Source: Harriotta raleighana
Lineage: Eukaryota
Reading direction: 5' to 3'
Assembly: GCA_050575255.1 (NCBI GenBank)
Contig: JBNZDD010013674.1
Coordinates: forward strand, 291,752 to 355,751
DNA: 64,000 bases
Of this stretch, positions 12,060-23,935 are shown piece by piece (positions within the stretch are counted from its first letter, which is position 1; each line of letters begins with the position of its first letter). Below the pieces are notes generated by a model. That model was not told the origin of the DNA. It saw nothing but the letters and a program-made list of their open reading frames with translations, and did not search any database. A program made the position numbers and the translations under genes.

Positions 12060-12611
12060 CGCGAGCTTTAGTGATCTTAAAGTACACCTCTCTGTACTTG
12101 GGGGGAGATGTAGCATTAAGCTAATTACTATGCCCATATTTGTAAAGCAGCCTCTAGTGGCCACTGTGAGAGCAATGGCATTGCATGGAAGTGGCCATCT
12201 TAATAAAGTTGTTTACAATATAAGTCACCTCCCACAGTCTCTCTCTTTATATCTTTGAATATAACAGTAATAACTGGTGAAGTGCTTTGAGACTTCTTGG
12301 GGTGATGAAGTGCTATACAAGCGTTCTTTTTGATTGACAATACGTCTCAAGAATAAATATTGTATTGTTTGCTGATAAATATATCGATGTCCCTGCTTTT
12401 ATATACAACACTACACTATTTTTCAAGCTGCCAAAGAACAATTGAAGTATTTTAGATACAATAAAGAGCCCACTAAGATATGGTAGGCCTCTGTCATGTG
12501 CATTGTTGCAAAGTGTAGTGTTATGTTTTAACTACTCTTACCTTGTTACTCAACGATGGCAATGTTTAAGCGGCCCATTTAAAGTAATTCAAGGTACATT
12601 GCATATTCCAC

Positions 12612-12990
12612 TACAATAATAATAATCCTTGCATTTTGATATAGCGCTTTTCACATCTTCTGGACGTCTCAAAGTACTTCACAGAAGATTGTAAAGTGAA
12701 TTGATTGTGTATCTGTGGGCGAAACGCAGCTGTCAATTGCGCACAGCAATGTCCCATAGATAGTCGTGGATTGAAAATGACCAATTTACTATAGTTTTCT
12801 TTTAGACGGATTATTAGTAGGCGTGTGGAGTAAGGAAACTTGCCCATGGTTTTGCCCTGATCTGCCTGGATTCGAATCATAGGTCTCACTTTTGTAAGGT
12901 GAGTGCTCTAACCACTGAGCTNTGCCTGGATTCGAATCATAGGTCTCACTTTTGTAAGGTGAGTGCTCTAACTGAGCAGCAGAACTCCAT
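12612..12990 (-). mobile_element. Full-length SINE (head duplicated at N join 12922)
   Basis: tRNA-like head, body and (att)n tail as in the other copies. Confidence 0.85.
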
Positions 12991-13257
12991 GCTATGAACA
13001 TGAATTTAATGATAATAATCCTTGCATTTGATATAATGTATCACATGTTGAAATGTCTCGAAACACTTCACAGGATTTAGTGTAAAATGTAATGTTTAGT
13101 GTAGAATCCCAGCACCTTGGGACGTCCTCCCGAAATCTTGTAGGTGAATGATAAAAGTTAAAAGGAAGTAATTGGCCAGCAAACACTTTGAATAATGTAT
13201 CCCATCTGAGATGATTGTTAGTGGGAAAACCTGTACAATAAAATAATTAGACAAACG

Positions 13258-14200
13258 TGTTGGGATATGGAGGCATTAATAATTAATTATATTTAGTTCC
13301 AATTAGGCACCAATTAAAACAATCTATCCACAACACAGGCATGGTCAGCAACCTTGAGCAAGAGCGAGAAAATAACTTGTCTACACAAAACACCAGGTGT
13401 TCATTCCTCTGTGCTAAAACAACCTTGGGTACTGGTTCGTGCCAATAATCCAAGGGGCGCAATAACATCAATAGCTTCTAGGATGAATAAAGAATTGAAG
13501 GAGAATGAGCTCAAGATATAGATAGGGGTAGAGGACTCAATTAACAATGTACTGTGGAGGGGGCTTCAGGCTAGAAAGAAGTTATAACTAGACACAGCAT
13601 TTTGGAAATTGCCTAGTGAGTAGCAGGAGAGCCATCTCAAGGTCTGGGAAAAGAAGAGAGGCGAACAACTCCCTACAAACCTGGCCTTTTAATTGTCTGG
13701 TTTTGGCATCACTTCTGGACAATGTCCATGTGATCAACTGGCTCAGTTAGTTATGTTGAGGCTGGTGGAGAAGTATAAAGTATAAAGATAGCAGAGAAAG
13801 TGTGGCTCATTACAACAGTTGGGGAGTGTCTCAGGGTCAACTGAGATCTCCAGCCTGCCACTTTTGTTCAGAATTACTGGAATGAGTTATAGTTCCAGTT
13901 GTTCTGTTTAAAGACAGGTAAGGGTCAGTTAGAGAAAGGAATACAGTATAATTGGGGTACCATCAGAGAAAGAGTAGAGCAGAGATGGGGACAGAGAGGG
14001 TAAATATTGTGAGAAGCTTGAACCTGACTTATGGGCTACCAGCTTGTATCCAGCTTTAACTGATAGTATGTTTTATTTATTTCTCTTTCACTCTATTATT
14101 CTATCACACCGCTTTTACTTATAATCATTAAATTCACCAAACCTTTATTAAGGATTGTTGGGTCATTATTTCGAACTCTCGGGATCGGGAAATCCCAACA
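13258..14200 (+). mobile_element. Probable solo LTR
   Basis: Ends TGTTGGGAT ... ATCCCAACA form a perfect 9-bp inverted repeat. Internal TATAAA (~13776) and ATTAAA (~14127). Flanks AACG/AATA are an imperfect TSD, compatible with CpG decay. Confidence 0.55.
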
Positions 14201-16549
14201 AATAGTAGGAGGAGGAGGAGGGCAACATGGTAACCCTTAGTAAAGTGCAATGTCTTGAGCTGAATCTCTTCACAACAAATACTGTGCTGATGATGGTATT
14301 TATGCTAACCATTCAAAAGTAGCGTCTCGGAGTCAGAAGACATTGCCCTAGTTTTGGTGTATAGTTGTGTGTTTCACAGTCTCGGCATATCTTAACTTAC
14401 CTTAATTGGAGACTGTTTTCGAAAGCTACATTGAATAGGAAGGAGCTTAGAGAGTAAAGGGTTAAGGTTAACATGGTTTAAATTGCGGTGAGAGCTCATT
14501 CTGTTATTTTGCTGTTTGCGAGTAGAGATAAGAGAAAAAGATAGAGCTCTCATTATATTCTTACAGGGTCCTTTCACATTACTGCTTTGAATTTCAACTC
14601 TGTCATCAGTGAGCAGAAATTCTACAAATTTGTGATTACAATGTCTTACTCAGTCCTTCAATCTCAGTTGGATCAATAGACTAAACCAAAGTAGTTTTTA
14701 GCTGATAGTCTCACCTACTCCTCTACTTTTATGCATTACACACCTTTTTTTTGATCTCTGTTCAGGAAAACGTCTACAAGTGTGGACCATGAAACATGAA
14801 CCAACAAGTATCTTTCTATATATGTAGCAATTGTTTGATAAAATCTTTATTTTACGCCACCACCTATTGAAACACTTCTAAGCACTGGCTCCACCACTGC
14901 TTCTAAAAGTAAACTCATAATCACAAGAGGAAAATTGCAGCTCGTTCTCTTTGCAAGCAAGGACAATATTGAACTCTCCAACCCCACAAATAGATCAATC
15001 CAGATACAATGCAGAACAACATTCTATTAATGTAGAAATGTGATCTGTCGCCAACTCCTGCAACCTCAGAAGAGTTTATAATGGCTTCTTAGGATACAAT
15101 TGCCTTTTTTACATTTGTCTAGAATTTGAGGACAACTTTAGCGCCATGGGTTGTATCTATCAAGGATGGACTGTAGCTGCCCAGTGTAATTTTCCACAGT
15201 GGTCCTAGAAGATCATCAGAATGGATTAAAAAAATCCTTATACAGTCCCACTTGTTTTTTTTGTTGCCTGCAAATATTCAAGTGATGTTATGGAAAACCT
15301 AGATCAATGCAGCGCACAATTTACTGTGTTTGCTGAATAAATTAAAGGCCCATTACTTACCAGTTTTGTTTTCTTTTTAACAACCAGCTGCGACTATAAA
15401 CTTTAAAGTTGCCTCTGTGCTTGGTTGCCTGTGAATAAACATGCGAAATTGCAGGTGTTTTGAAAACCAATGGTAAATGGGTAATGATCTCTCTGGACGA
15501 GATACGGTTTAAGATTAACTGATACTGCTAATTCCCAGTTCTAGGACTGCTAATTGTTTACAATTTATAAATATTGTAGAATTGGGGACTTCTTGCAATT
15601 ACCTTGAATATTATTGATAATATCAAACTGCATACCGAGGAGACTAGTGTTGGGGAGACAGATAGCACTCAAAGGGATTTCAGGCATGTATGTGATTCTT
15701 GTCAATCTAAATTGCCAGTCTAGCACATTCATACAGGAGATATACACACACACATGTCCATTACAAAGGTAGAAAGGAATTGGGTTCTGAATGTCAAGTG
15801 TTCACTGAAAGTATCCAGTCAATACAAGACTGTTCGATGTCTTGAGAAAATGTTTTATGTTAGATGATCCTGTAGAACTCCTTGGTAAGGACACATTTAG
15901 TACATTGAGTGAAGTCTTGGGTGGTAACCAGGACATCAATGACAAGGTTAGATCAATAATAATAATAATAATAATAATCCTTGCATTTGATATAGCGCTT
16001 TTCACATCTTATCGACATCCCAAAGCGCTTCACAGAATATACTGTAAAGTGAATTGACTGTATATTTGTGGGCGATCAAGTGAAAAGTATGGTACATTTG
16101 CCAGCCTGAAATGGAATACCCAAATCCTCAATGTCTTATTCTACCAGCATCCCAAAGAATTACACTGACCCCCAAATAAATGATCTCATTAGCTATAGGT
16201 GAAGAGATAATGATGGCCAACAAGTCAGCAATATATACTATTTCTAGACTGACATAAAATGAGGGTTGTCTGGATAGAGAAACATATCTGCCAATCAGCC
16301 TTATTGTGGGTTGGCTGGAAGTCTGGTGAGAGAGGCTAATCCATCGAATAGGACATTATTCATCAGTAGTTCCCAAACCACCTTAAATTAGCTGCAGATA
16401 AACAAAACTATTTGTTACTTTAGGTTTATAGCCAAATATTAACATCTAGGAGACTTTAGCAGCAAGGCTGCACATACCGCACGAGACCCGCCTGCCCTCA
16501 ATTTCAAGGATTATGGCAAGGATTATAAATCATCAACAACTGTCTCTGG

Positions 16550-16780
16550 GGATTGAGTAGTGCAGGGGTTTATTGCAAAGTCTTTTCACCTTTATGATCT
16601 TTCCTTTGAATCCAGGCTGGGATGGACGTTTCCTATCTTTCTCAGCTGTAAATGATCTTACTGTGCAATGAGTTTGGTCAGTCTGGACCAAGTTTTTAGT
16701 GGGCACAGCTCCACAGTGAAATTGTCAGTCTAGCTCGGGAAACTTCATAAGGATTTGGCAAATGGAAATGTCAAACTGAT
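16550..16780 (+). mobile_element. Ancient LF-SINE-like relic
   Basis: tttcacctttatgatc...tgaatccaggc...tgtgcaatgagtttggtcagtct...aagtttttagtgggcacag follows the motif order of the LF-SINE consensus as I recall it (TTTCACCTCTAGG...GAATCCAGC...TGTGAAATGAGTTGGTGGTCT...CAGTTCCTAGTGGACAG). Confidence 0.55.
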
Positions 16781-17062
16781 GCAGTGAGCTGTGCTCTTCT
16801 GAAATTGAGCTGGTTAATCCAAGAGAGCCAGGTAGTCGATGGAGGAATGACCAGCTCCTGTATATTTTGAATTTATTACACCGAGATGCTGAAATGAATA
16901 GCACTTACATCACAATCAAAGCAGCTTTTTGCTGGAATGTTAATGCTTTCCCTCTAAAATAAATACCCCCCAAATCAAAATAGAAATGAAACCAAAATAT
17001 GCATTTTTTTATAAATGTTTTCTTTGCTTTTCTCTTCTCACCCCCTCTCAAATTACAGTTAA

Positions 17063-17727
17063 CCCTCATCAAGTATACGCGACGAAACAAAAGCATCACT
17101 TTTTTGTGCAACGCGTGTGCATGCATGTGCACATGTGAGGACGCCGACCGCTCCCGACTAAATCCGATGATTCCTTGGCTGGTTGGTCCCGTGTGCATGT
17201 GCACTTTTGACGAAGCCGACAACTAAAGCCAATGATTCCTTGGCTGGCTGGCCCGGCACACAATGCATTCTTGGGTAAGGTTTAGATAACTCTTCGGCTT
17301 CGGAGCATCCCGATGATATTGCATGGTAAATAGAAGAGACAGAGAGAGAACAGTAATTTAGCCTAGCTATGGTTTTATTGCTTTATTGCTTCACTGCTTT
17401 ATAGCAATAAAGCGATAACAAAGCCAGAGCCGGCCGCCTGCGGCTCTCTGCTCCCCCCCTCACACCCTCACGGATCTCTGCTCCCCACACCGAGTGGCTT
17501 TCTGCTCACCCCACAACCCAGGCCCCGAGAAGCTCTCTGCACCTCCCCGCCACCAGCGGCTCTCTGGTCCCACAAATCCACCCCACCGCCCACCCCCAGC
17601 TGGCTCTCTGCTCCCCACCCCCTGAGCGGCTCTCTGTTCTCTGCGGCTTGAGGTGGGGAGCCTGAGACTAGATTCCCCTTTCCCATTACTTGTTAAGCTT
17701 ACCCAATGCGATTTTATCGAGTGCGCA
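17063..17727. mobile_element. piggyBac-like DNA transposon end (truncated)
   Basis: TTAA|CCCTCATCAAGTATACGCG start, CpG-rich interior, a direct repeat (gatgattccttggctgg / aatgattccttggctgg) and recurring ggctctctg units. No matching second TIR found. Confidence 0.4.
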
Positions 17728-17920
17728 GTCTCAAGACCTTCCTCTTCGACCACGCCTTCAGCTCCCCCACTAACTCTTTCCCCTCTCCAACTCTCCTTCC
17801 CCTCCCCCTACCCCCGAACCTCCTCCCCTGCTCGGGTCCCGACCTGACTGTTCAGCGCTTTGGGACGTCCTCCCGACATGAAAGGCGCTATATAAGTGTA
17901 ATTTTGTTATTGTTGTTGTA
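17728..17920 (+). mobile_element. L2-clade LINE 3' end
   Basis: ctcaagaccttcctcttcgac...cagcgctttgggacgtcctcccgacatgaaaggcgctatataagtgtaattttg(ttg)n tail. Confidence 0.8.
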
Positions 17921-18699
17921 TATAAATGCAAATTGTTATTTGTTGCAGAATTGCACAATAAATGGTGTGATTTCCATGCATCTGCATTCCAAACATTATT
18001 GCAAATGATCATTAGATAGCTTGCAAATCATCAGATAACTTTCAAAATGTTCCGAGTTCAAGTAAATGTGAGATTTCATCATCTTCAAGTATCTTTCTAA
18101 GCACAATTGTCACATAAGCACCCATCAAAACTTTCATTGGACACAATTGGACTATAAATTGCTGCAAATAAAAGCTGGTTTTGTGCCCGATGAGTGAGAG
18201 CTTTAGAGCAATTTAGCATTGAACATTTCCTCTCCTGCTTTTTATTTATCTCGGCTTTACCCAGCAACAACTCACAAGCATAACAAAATGGTTACAGTGT
18301 CAGACCAAAACGCTATTGCTACTCATTATGAGTAGAAAGGGAGAGAATCAGAATTGACAAGAGTCTGAGGTAAGCCTCATTAAATTTAACACTACACTGA
18401 TACACAAGGACATGTGTTCACAATGCACAATACAATAAAATCAAGCTAGAAAAAAACTTCTGCGGGAAGATTGTATTTTATATATTTATAATTTTATTGA
18501 TCTGTCAAGCAGAAACATCATGAAAATGTTGCTACAGGTTTAATTTCAGGTCATTTCCTTTCAAAATTTATATTAATAACCCATCTAATATAAATTGGCC
18601 ACATTATTTTATTTAAAAGTTTTGTTTGCTTCTATTAGAAGATTTAAATGAACCACGTGTTCTAAGAGAAATATCTGATGGGTGGCATTTTTAAATTAT

Positions 18700-18875
18700 T
18701 ATTGGGCATGGATTTATAAAGATTTGGGGATATGGGATATCAAGGGATTTGGGGATAGTGCAAGTAAATAGAATTAGATTAGAAGATCAGCCATGATCTT
18801 ATTAAATGGCATTGCAGATTTGAAAGGCTGAATGGCTTACTCCTGCTTCTATTGCTTATGTTCTTGTGTTCTTAT
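18700..18875 (+). mobile_element. CR1 3' UTR fragment
   Basis: gatcagccatgatcttattaaatggc...ggctgaatggcttactcctgcttctattgcttatgttcttg, similar to 470-553. Confidence 0.75.
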
Positions 18876-20369
18876 TTAGAAAGACAGTACAGTATGGAAA
18901 CAGGCTACTCACCCCAACCAGTTGTCCAGATTAAATAATGATTTAACAAAACGTATTTAATAATAATAATCACAAGATTTATCCTTGCATTTGATATACC
19001 ACCTTATCACATCGTCAGAACGTCTCGAAGTGCTTCAGAAAATATACCGTAAAGTGAATTCATTGTTTATTTTTTGGGTGAAACGCTGCAGCCAATCGTG
19101 CACAGAGAGTTATGGATTGAGTGACCAGATTTTTAAAATCACCATTTGTTAAATGGCAGAAGCTATTTTTGATTTTTCAAAGAAAGTTGGTTCCTATTTT
19201 GTATCTGTTTAGACATGATTTAGGAACAGGAGGAGTTGTCACTTTCTCAATTCTCTTCCTTTCTGTGAAGTCCTGAAGCTTAGTGGTTAGATCACTCACC
19301 TTACAAGCGAGAGATCTGGGTTTAATTTCCGGCATAAACCATGGGCAAGTTTCCTTACTCCACATGCCTAAAAGTAATCCCTAAAAAAAAATTGGTCATT
19401 TGACTTCACGACGGTTTGTGGGACACTGCTGTGCGTAGTTAAAATAAATCATTCAGTTCGTCACTGTTTATGGGACATTGGTGTGTTCAAATTGGGTGCC
19501 TACAAATACACAGTGATTGCACTTTACAGTAAATCCACTGAAGTAGTTTGAGATGTGTAGGCATTATAACACTATGTCAAATGCAAGGATTATTATTATT
19601 GTTCACTAAAACTTAATGATCAGGACAGAATAGATCAGCACCACATTGCAAAGTCTGCTATGATCAGCGAATCAAGCAGAATAATTCCCATAGTCTGTGC
19701 CAGGGATATCCTACTTCTGAGCAAGAAATTCTTGTTTACATCCATTCAGTATTTGGGGACATGAGAACTGACAGACCAAGCTGCTTAGTTATATCAAACA
19801 TGACAGATTACAGATGGTCTGTTGCAGGTTTTACATCGAGCATCACTCTGGACATTCTCAAGGGTGGGATCTACATAGAGACAGGTTGAGAGATGGAGGC
19901 TGTACTTGAGTCTGTCCAAAGTTATCTGTATCATACAAATCACTGTGGATTTGATATGTTTCCACCATCTGTGATATTGCTAAGCATGGTAGCCTGTCAG
20001 CCCTCTAACAACAACAACAAAATTACATTTAACTTTTCACAATGGCAGGACACTGAAAACACTGACATTATACACTGAAAGTTTACAGATGGGACCATCT
20101 TGCTAATTCCATATATAAGCAGCCTCACAACTGCCTTTCAGTCATTGAGTATACATTTTACTCTATTTCAGCATAGTTTTAAAAAGCAGTCATTTTTCTT
20201 ATTTCCTTGAGAGCCTGTTTCTATAAAGTCATTCCATCAAAAATATTTTAAATATCAGCCTGTCTATAGATTTCATGACCAGTACCAAGCTAGTATTAAC
20301 ATGTTGGTGTTATTCAAGTAAACTTGTATTGTCTCAGTATTTTCAATGTCAAGGCATATTTCGAGCTAT

Positions 20370-20680
20370 GTGTCCTGTAGCTCAATGGTTAGAACACACA
20401 TTTTGCAAGCAACAGACCTGGGTTTGAATACTGGCAGAGCAAAACCTTAGGCAAATTTCTTTACTCCACACACCTGATAATAACCCCTCAAAAAAAAATA
20501 ATAACAAATTAATTGGTCACTCAATCCAGGACTGTTCGTGGGACACTGCAGTGCGCAATTAGCTGCTGCTTTTCACCCACAAAAAATACAGTCAGTTCAC
20601 TTTACAGTACATTCTGTGAAGCGCTTTGAGACGTCTAGAAGATGTGAAAAGCGCTACATCAAATGCAAGGATTATTATTG
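20370..20680 (+). mobile_element. Full-length SINE
   Basis: Head gtgtcctgtagctcaatggttag...gggtttgaatac, body and tail. Confidence 0.85.
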
Positions 20681-23600
20681 TTTCTAAGCATACTTTGTGT
20701 GCACGCTCATCTTAAATCAGTAAAGAATTATTGTACCTTTGGTCTGTGTGTACTGTGCAAAGGACTAAAGGAGGACTCAATATGTGCTGATAAAGCACAT
20801 CTCCACGAAATGTGTCACAATGTTCACTTTGCTGATTAAGAAAGATTGTAAAAAAAAAGTCAAGATTGGTNAAAGGACTAAAGGAGGACTCAATATGTGC
20901 TGATAAAGCACATCTCCACGAGATGTGTCACAATGTTCACTTTGCTGATTAAGAAAGATTGTAAAAAAAAAGTCAAGATTGGTGGGGAGCAAGCATCATA
21001 GATCCAGATAGAATATAGCAAAGCACAAATCTGATACATCTCCATTGCATTTTGAATGGCCATGCTACAAACCTGGAGAATATTTACACTGACTCGGAAA
21101 TGAATGCTATTTTACANCAAGATTGGTGGGGGAGCAAGCATCATAGATCCAGATAGAATATAGCAAAGCACAAATCTGATACATCTCCATTGCATTTCGA
21201 ATGGCCATGCTACAAACATGGAGAATATTTACACTGACTCGGAAATGAATGCTATTTTATCCATCAATTATTAAATATACAGAGTAACAAAGATTTAGTA
21301 CAACAAGAGAACTACAGTACATAGAAATACTATCCTTCTGTTTTACTGTAATATTTGACAATTCACCTTTTCCCTCCTACGCATCAGGAAAATGAGGGTA
21401 TTGAGAATAAAGGCAGAAAACATTTGCCAAATACTGCACAATGTTAAAAATGCAAAACATGAGGTAACGTTCCCCCTTTCCATCCCTAACAAAATTTGTC
21501 TTTTAATTTTATTTGGAATGAATGTTTTTCACAGAAGAATGACCTTGCTACAGTGATGATAAAGTCTTTAATTATACAAGCAGTCCTGGATTGAGTGGCC
21601 AATTATTTTTTTCTTGAGGGATGATTATCAGCCGTGAGGAGTATAAGGAAACTTGGCCAAGTTTTCACCCTGCCTGGAATCAAACCCATGTCTCTCTCTT
21701 TGCAAGTATTTCCAATTTTCAGTGGATCCGCTCAATGGAACAAAGTGTAAAGTGAATGTGTGTTATAGGCAGTAATTCTCAATACATCCCTGCAAGCAAC
21801 CATAACTGGTGATTTAAGTTTTCAAACTGGAAACAAATTGTTCTGTCAAGTACTGGTAATAAGATCAGTTTGTACAATATAATCAGCTTCATGCATACTA
21901 CATTAACAACATGTAACCTTGGTTTCAAATTGTTTCTAAATGTTGTTTCATTTGTTTCCTATTCCTAGAATCCAATCTCAAACATTAAATACGGTCACAT
22001 AGCTCAAATGTAATAGATAACTAACATGTCTGTACAGGTCCTGATATATTAAAAAAAATGTTTTGTTGCTCATGGATGGTTTGACTTGAGATAACTTCAG
22101 AATGGTGTATTAGACTCCTTCATATTCACAATTGCACTGCACTCACTTTGTATGCTTTGTTTAATCTCGCTGACGGATGTAGCTTTGACATGTCCCCAGT
22201 GTATAGCCACTGCACGCTTTCAACATGCCAGTTCTGGTGTGTCAGCAGAGATTAATTCAGTGAATAAAGTCTCCATCAAACTTTCCACCTGAAGACCAGG
22301 AAAAAATATGTTTGTTTTCTAATTTACTCGGTGGACCTCAAACAGTACTTGAGGGAAAACACAGAGTTTTAGCTGTTTATTTATAGCTATGCCGAGCTGC
22401 TTTCTGCTGAAAATTCAGGCTATGTGTACTGTGTATGAAACCTAATGTGGGTTTGGTTTGGGTGGCAATCAGGGAAAGGATCCTTAATCCCAAGCATTTC
22501 AAACATTATACCCATCACTTCACAAATCCTTTATGAGGTTTTCTGATCAGATTTCCGTGAATTCCCTTTAGCTGACTCACTCAACAATTAGAAACTCTTC
22601 ACCTTCAAATCTGTAAATATTACTATTCAAATCCCAGTCAATTAAATAATTCCTCGGATAATCAGGGGCTATTCAAAACTCATATTTAGCTCTTCCCTTG
22701 AGAAATCTGTAGATCGCATTTATTTCAGCTACAGCTATGTACATTTTAAGTTTTCCTTTGCACATCTCCATATTTCAACTTCTCATTTGTTAAATCCATA
22801 CTTTAAGCCTTCAACAGATCTATATATTTTTAAATATTTAAATGACATAAATCCTGAGCTTTTCAGTATTCTTTTTTATTCAATCCTGATTTAATAGTTA
22901 AGATTAACTACTGACTTGAACTTCTAGACCTAATAAATCCTGACTTTAATATCAAATTGCTTAGTTTATTTGAAGTCAAGTTTTCAGTGGTCAGGTTCAG
23001 TGGATCCTGATTTAAAGAAGGTAACGGAGTCTAATTCAAGTGTTTCTTGTAATACGATTTAATGATAATAATCCTTGCATTCGATATAGCGTTTTTCAGT
23101 CTTCTAGATGTCTCAAAGCGCTAAAGTGTAAAGTGAATTGACTATATTTGTGGGCAAAATGCAGCAGCCAATTGTGCACAGCAGTGTCCCACAAATAGTC
23201 GTGGATTGAAATGACCAATTTGTTATCAGGATCAACTCTGTTCTGCAAACTTGATATCTGAGAGGATGTCCTGTGGGATAATATGATGTTATTTCAGTTA
23301 CCAGACAGAATCCACGTTCATGAAATCTTCATCGTTTTGACCATATTTTGTTTCTTATGTCACTGATGCCCTTTTTTGCAATTCAGTAATATGAAGCATT
23401 AGCTATTTGTAGATTTCACCTTCCCAAGCTAGAGATACAGAGGCACATAGCAAAGCTCTCAGATATTAAGAATCATAGTAAAGAACAAATTGAGACCTTA
23501 TTGGACAGTATGGTTAGAGTATCTTCGCATTTGATGTATTAATCCACGTTACAAGATAGAAATAAAGATCTTACATTTGTATAGTGCCTTATAATGTTGG

Positions 23601-23935
23601 CATGTCTGAATGAACTTCGCAGGTAATTACTGTCAACTATTGTAGCAGTTATTTTTATCAGCAGGTTCCCAAAAGTAGCCACAAGGTGCCTGGTCAATTA
23701 ATATGGACTACTTTGCAACATTACACTAGAAGAGAATCTTCTTATATTGTACAGTATTATGTGATTTTTTTATCATCTACTTCAGAAATAATAATCCTTG
23801 CATTTGATATAATGCCTTATCACATCACTGAGGCATCTCAAAGCGCTTCACAGAATAGACTGTAAAGTGAATTTGTCCATAAAGTATATAGTCACTTCAC
23901 TTTACGGTATATTAGTTTAACTCTCATCCAAAGGA

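Larger units (their letters stand above)
9503..12266 (+). mobile_element. Decayed Ty3/Gypsy LTR retrotransposon
   Basis: 158-bp LTRs at 9503-9660 and 12109-12266 (TG...CA, ~15 differences), PPT ggggggaga at 12100-12108, TSD GTAAT. Internal order: gag CCHC knuckle, protease (FKLDTGA), RT (NMDDILI), RNase H (IEKEALA, TDHKPL), integrase Zn domain (HQGHLG...WWPG). Confidence 0.95.
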
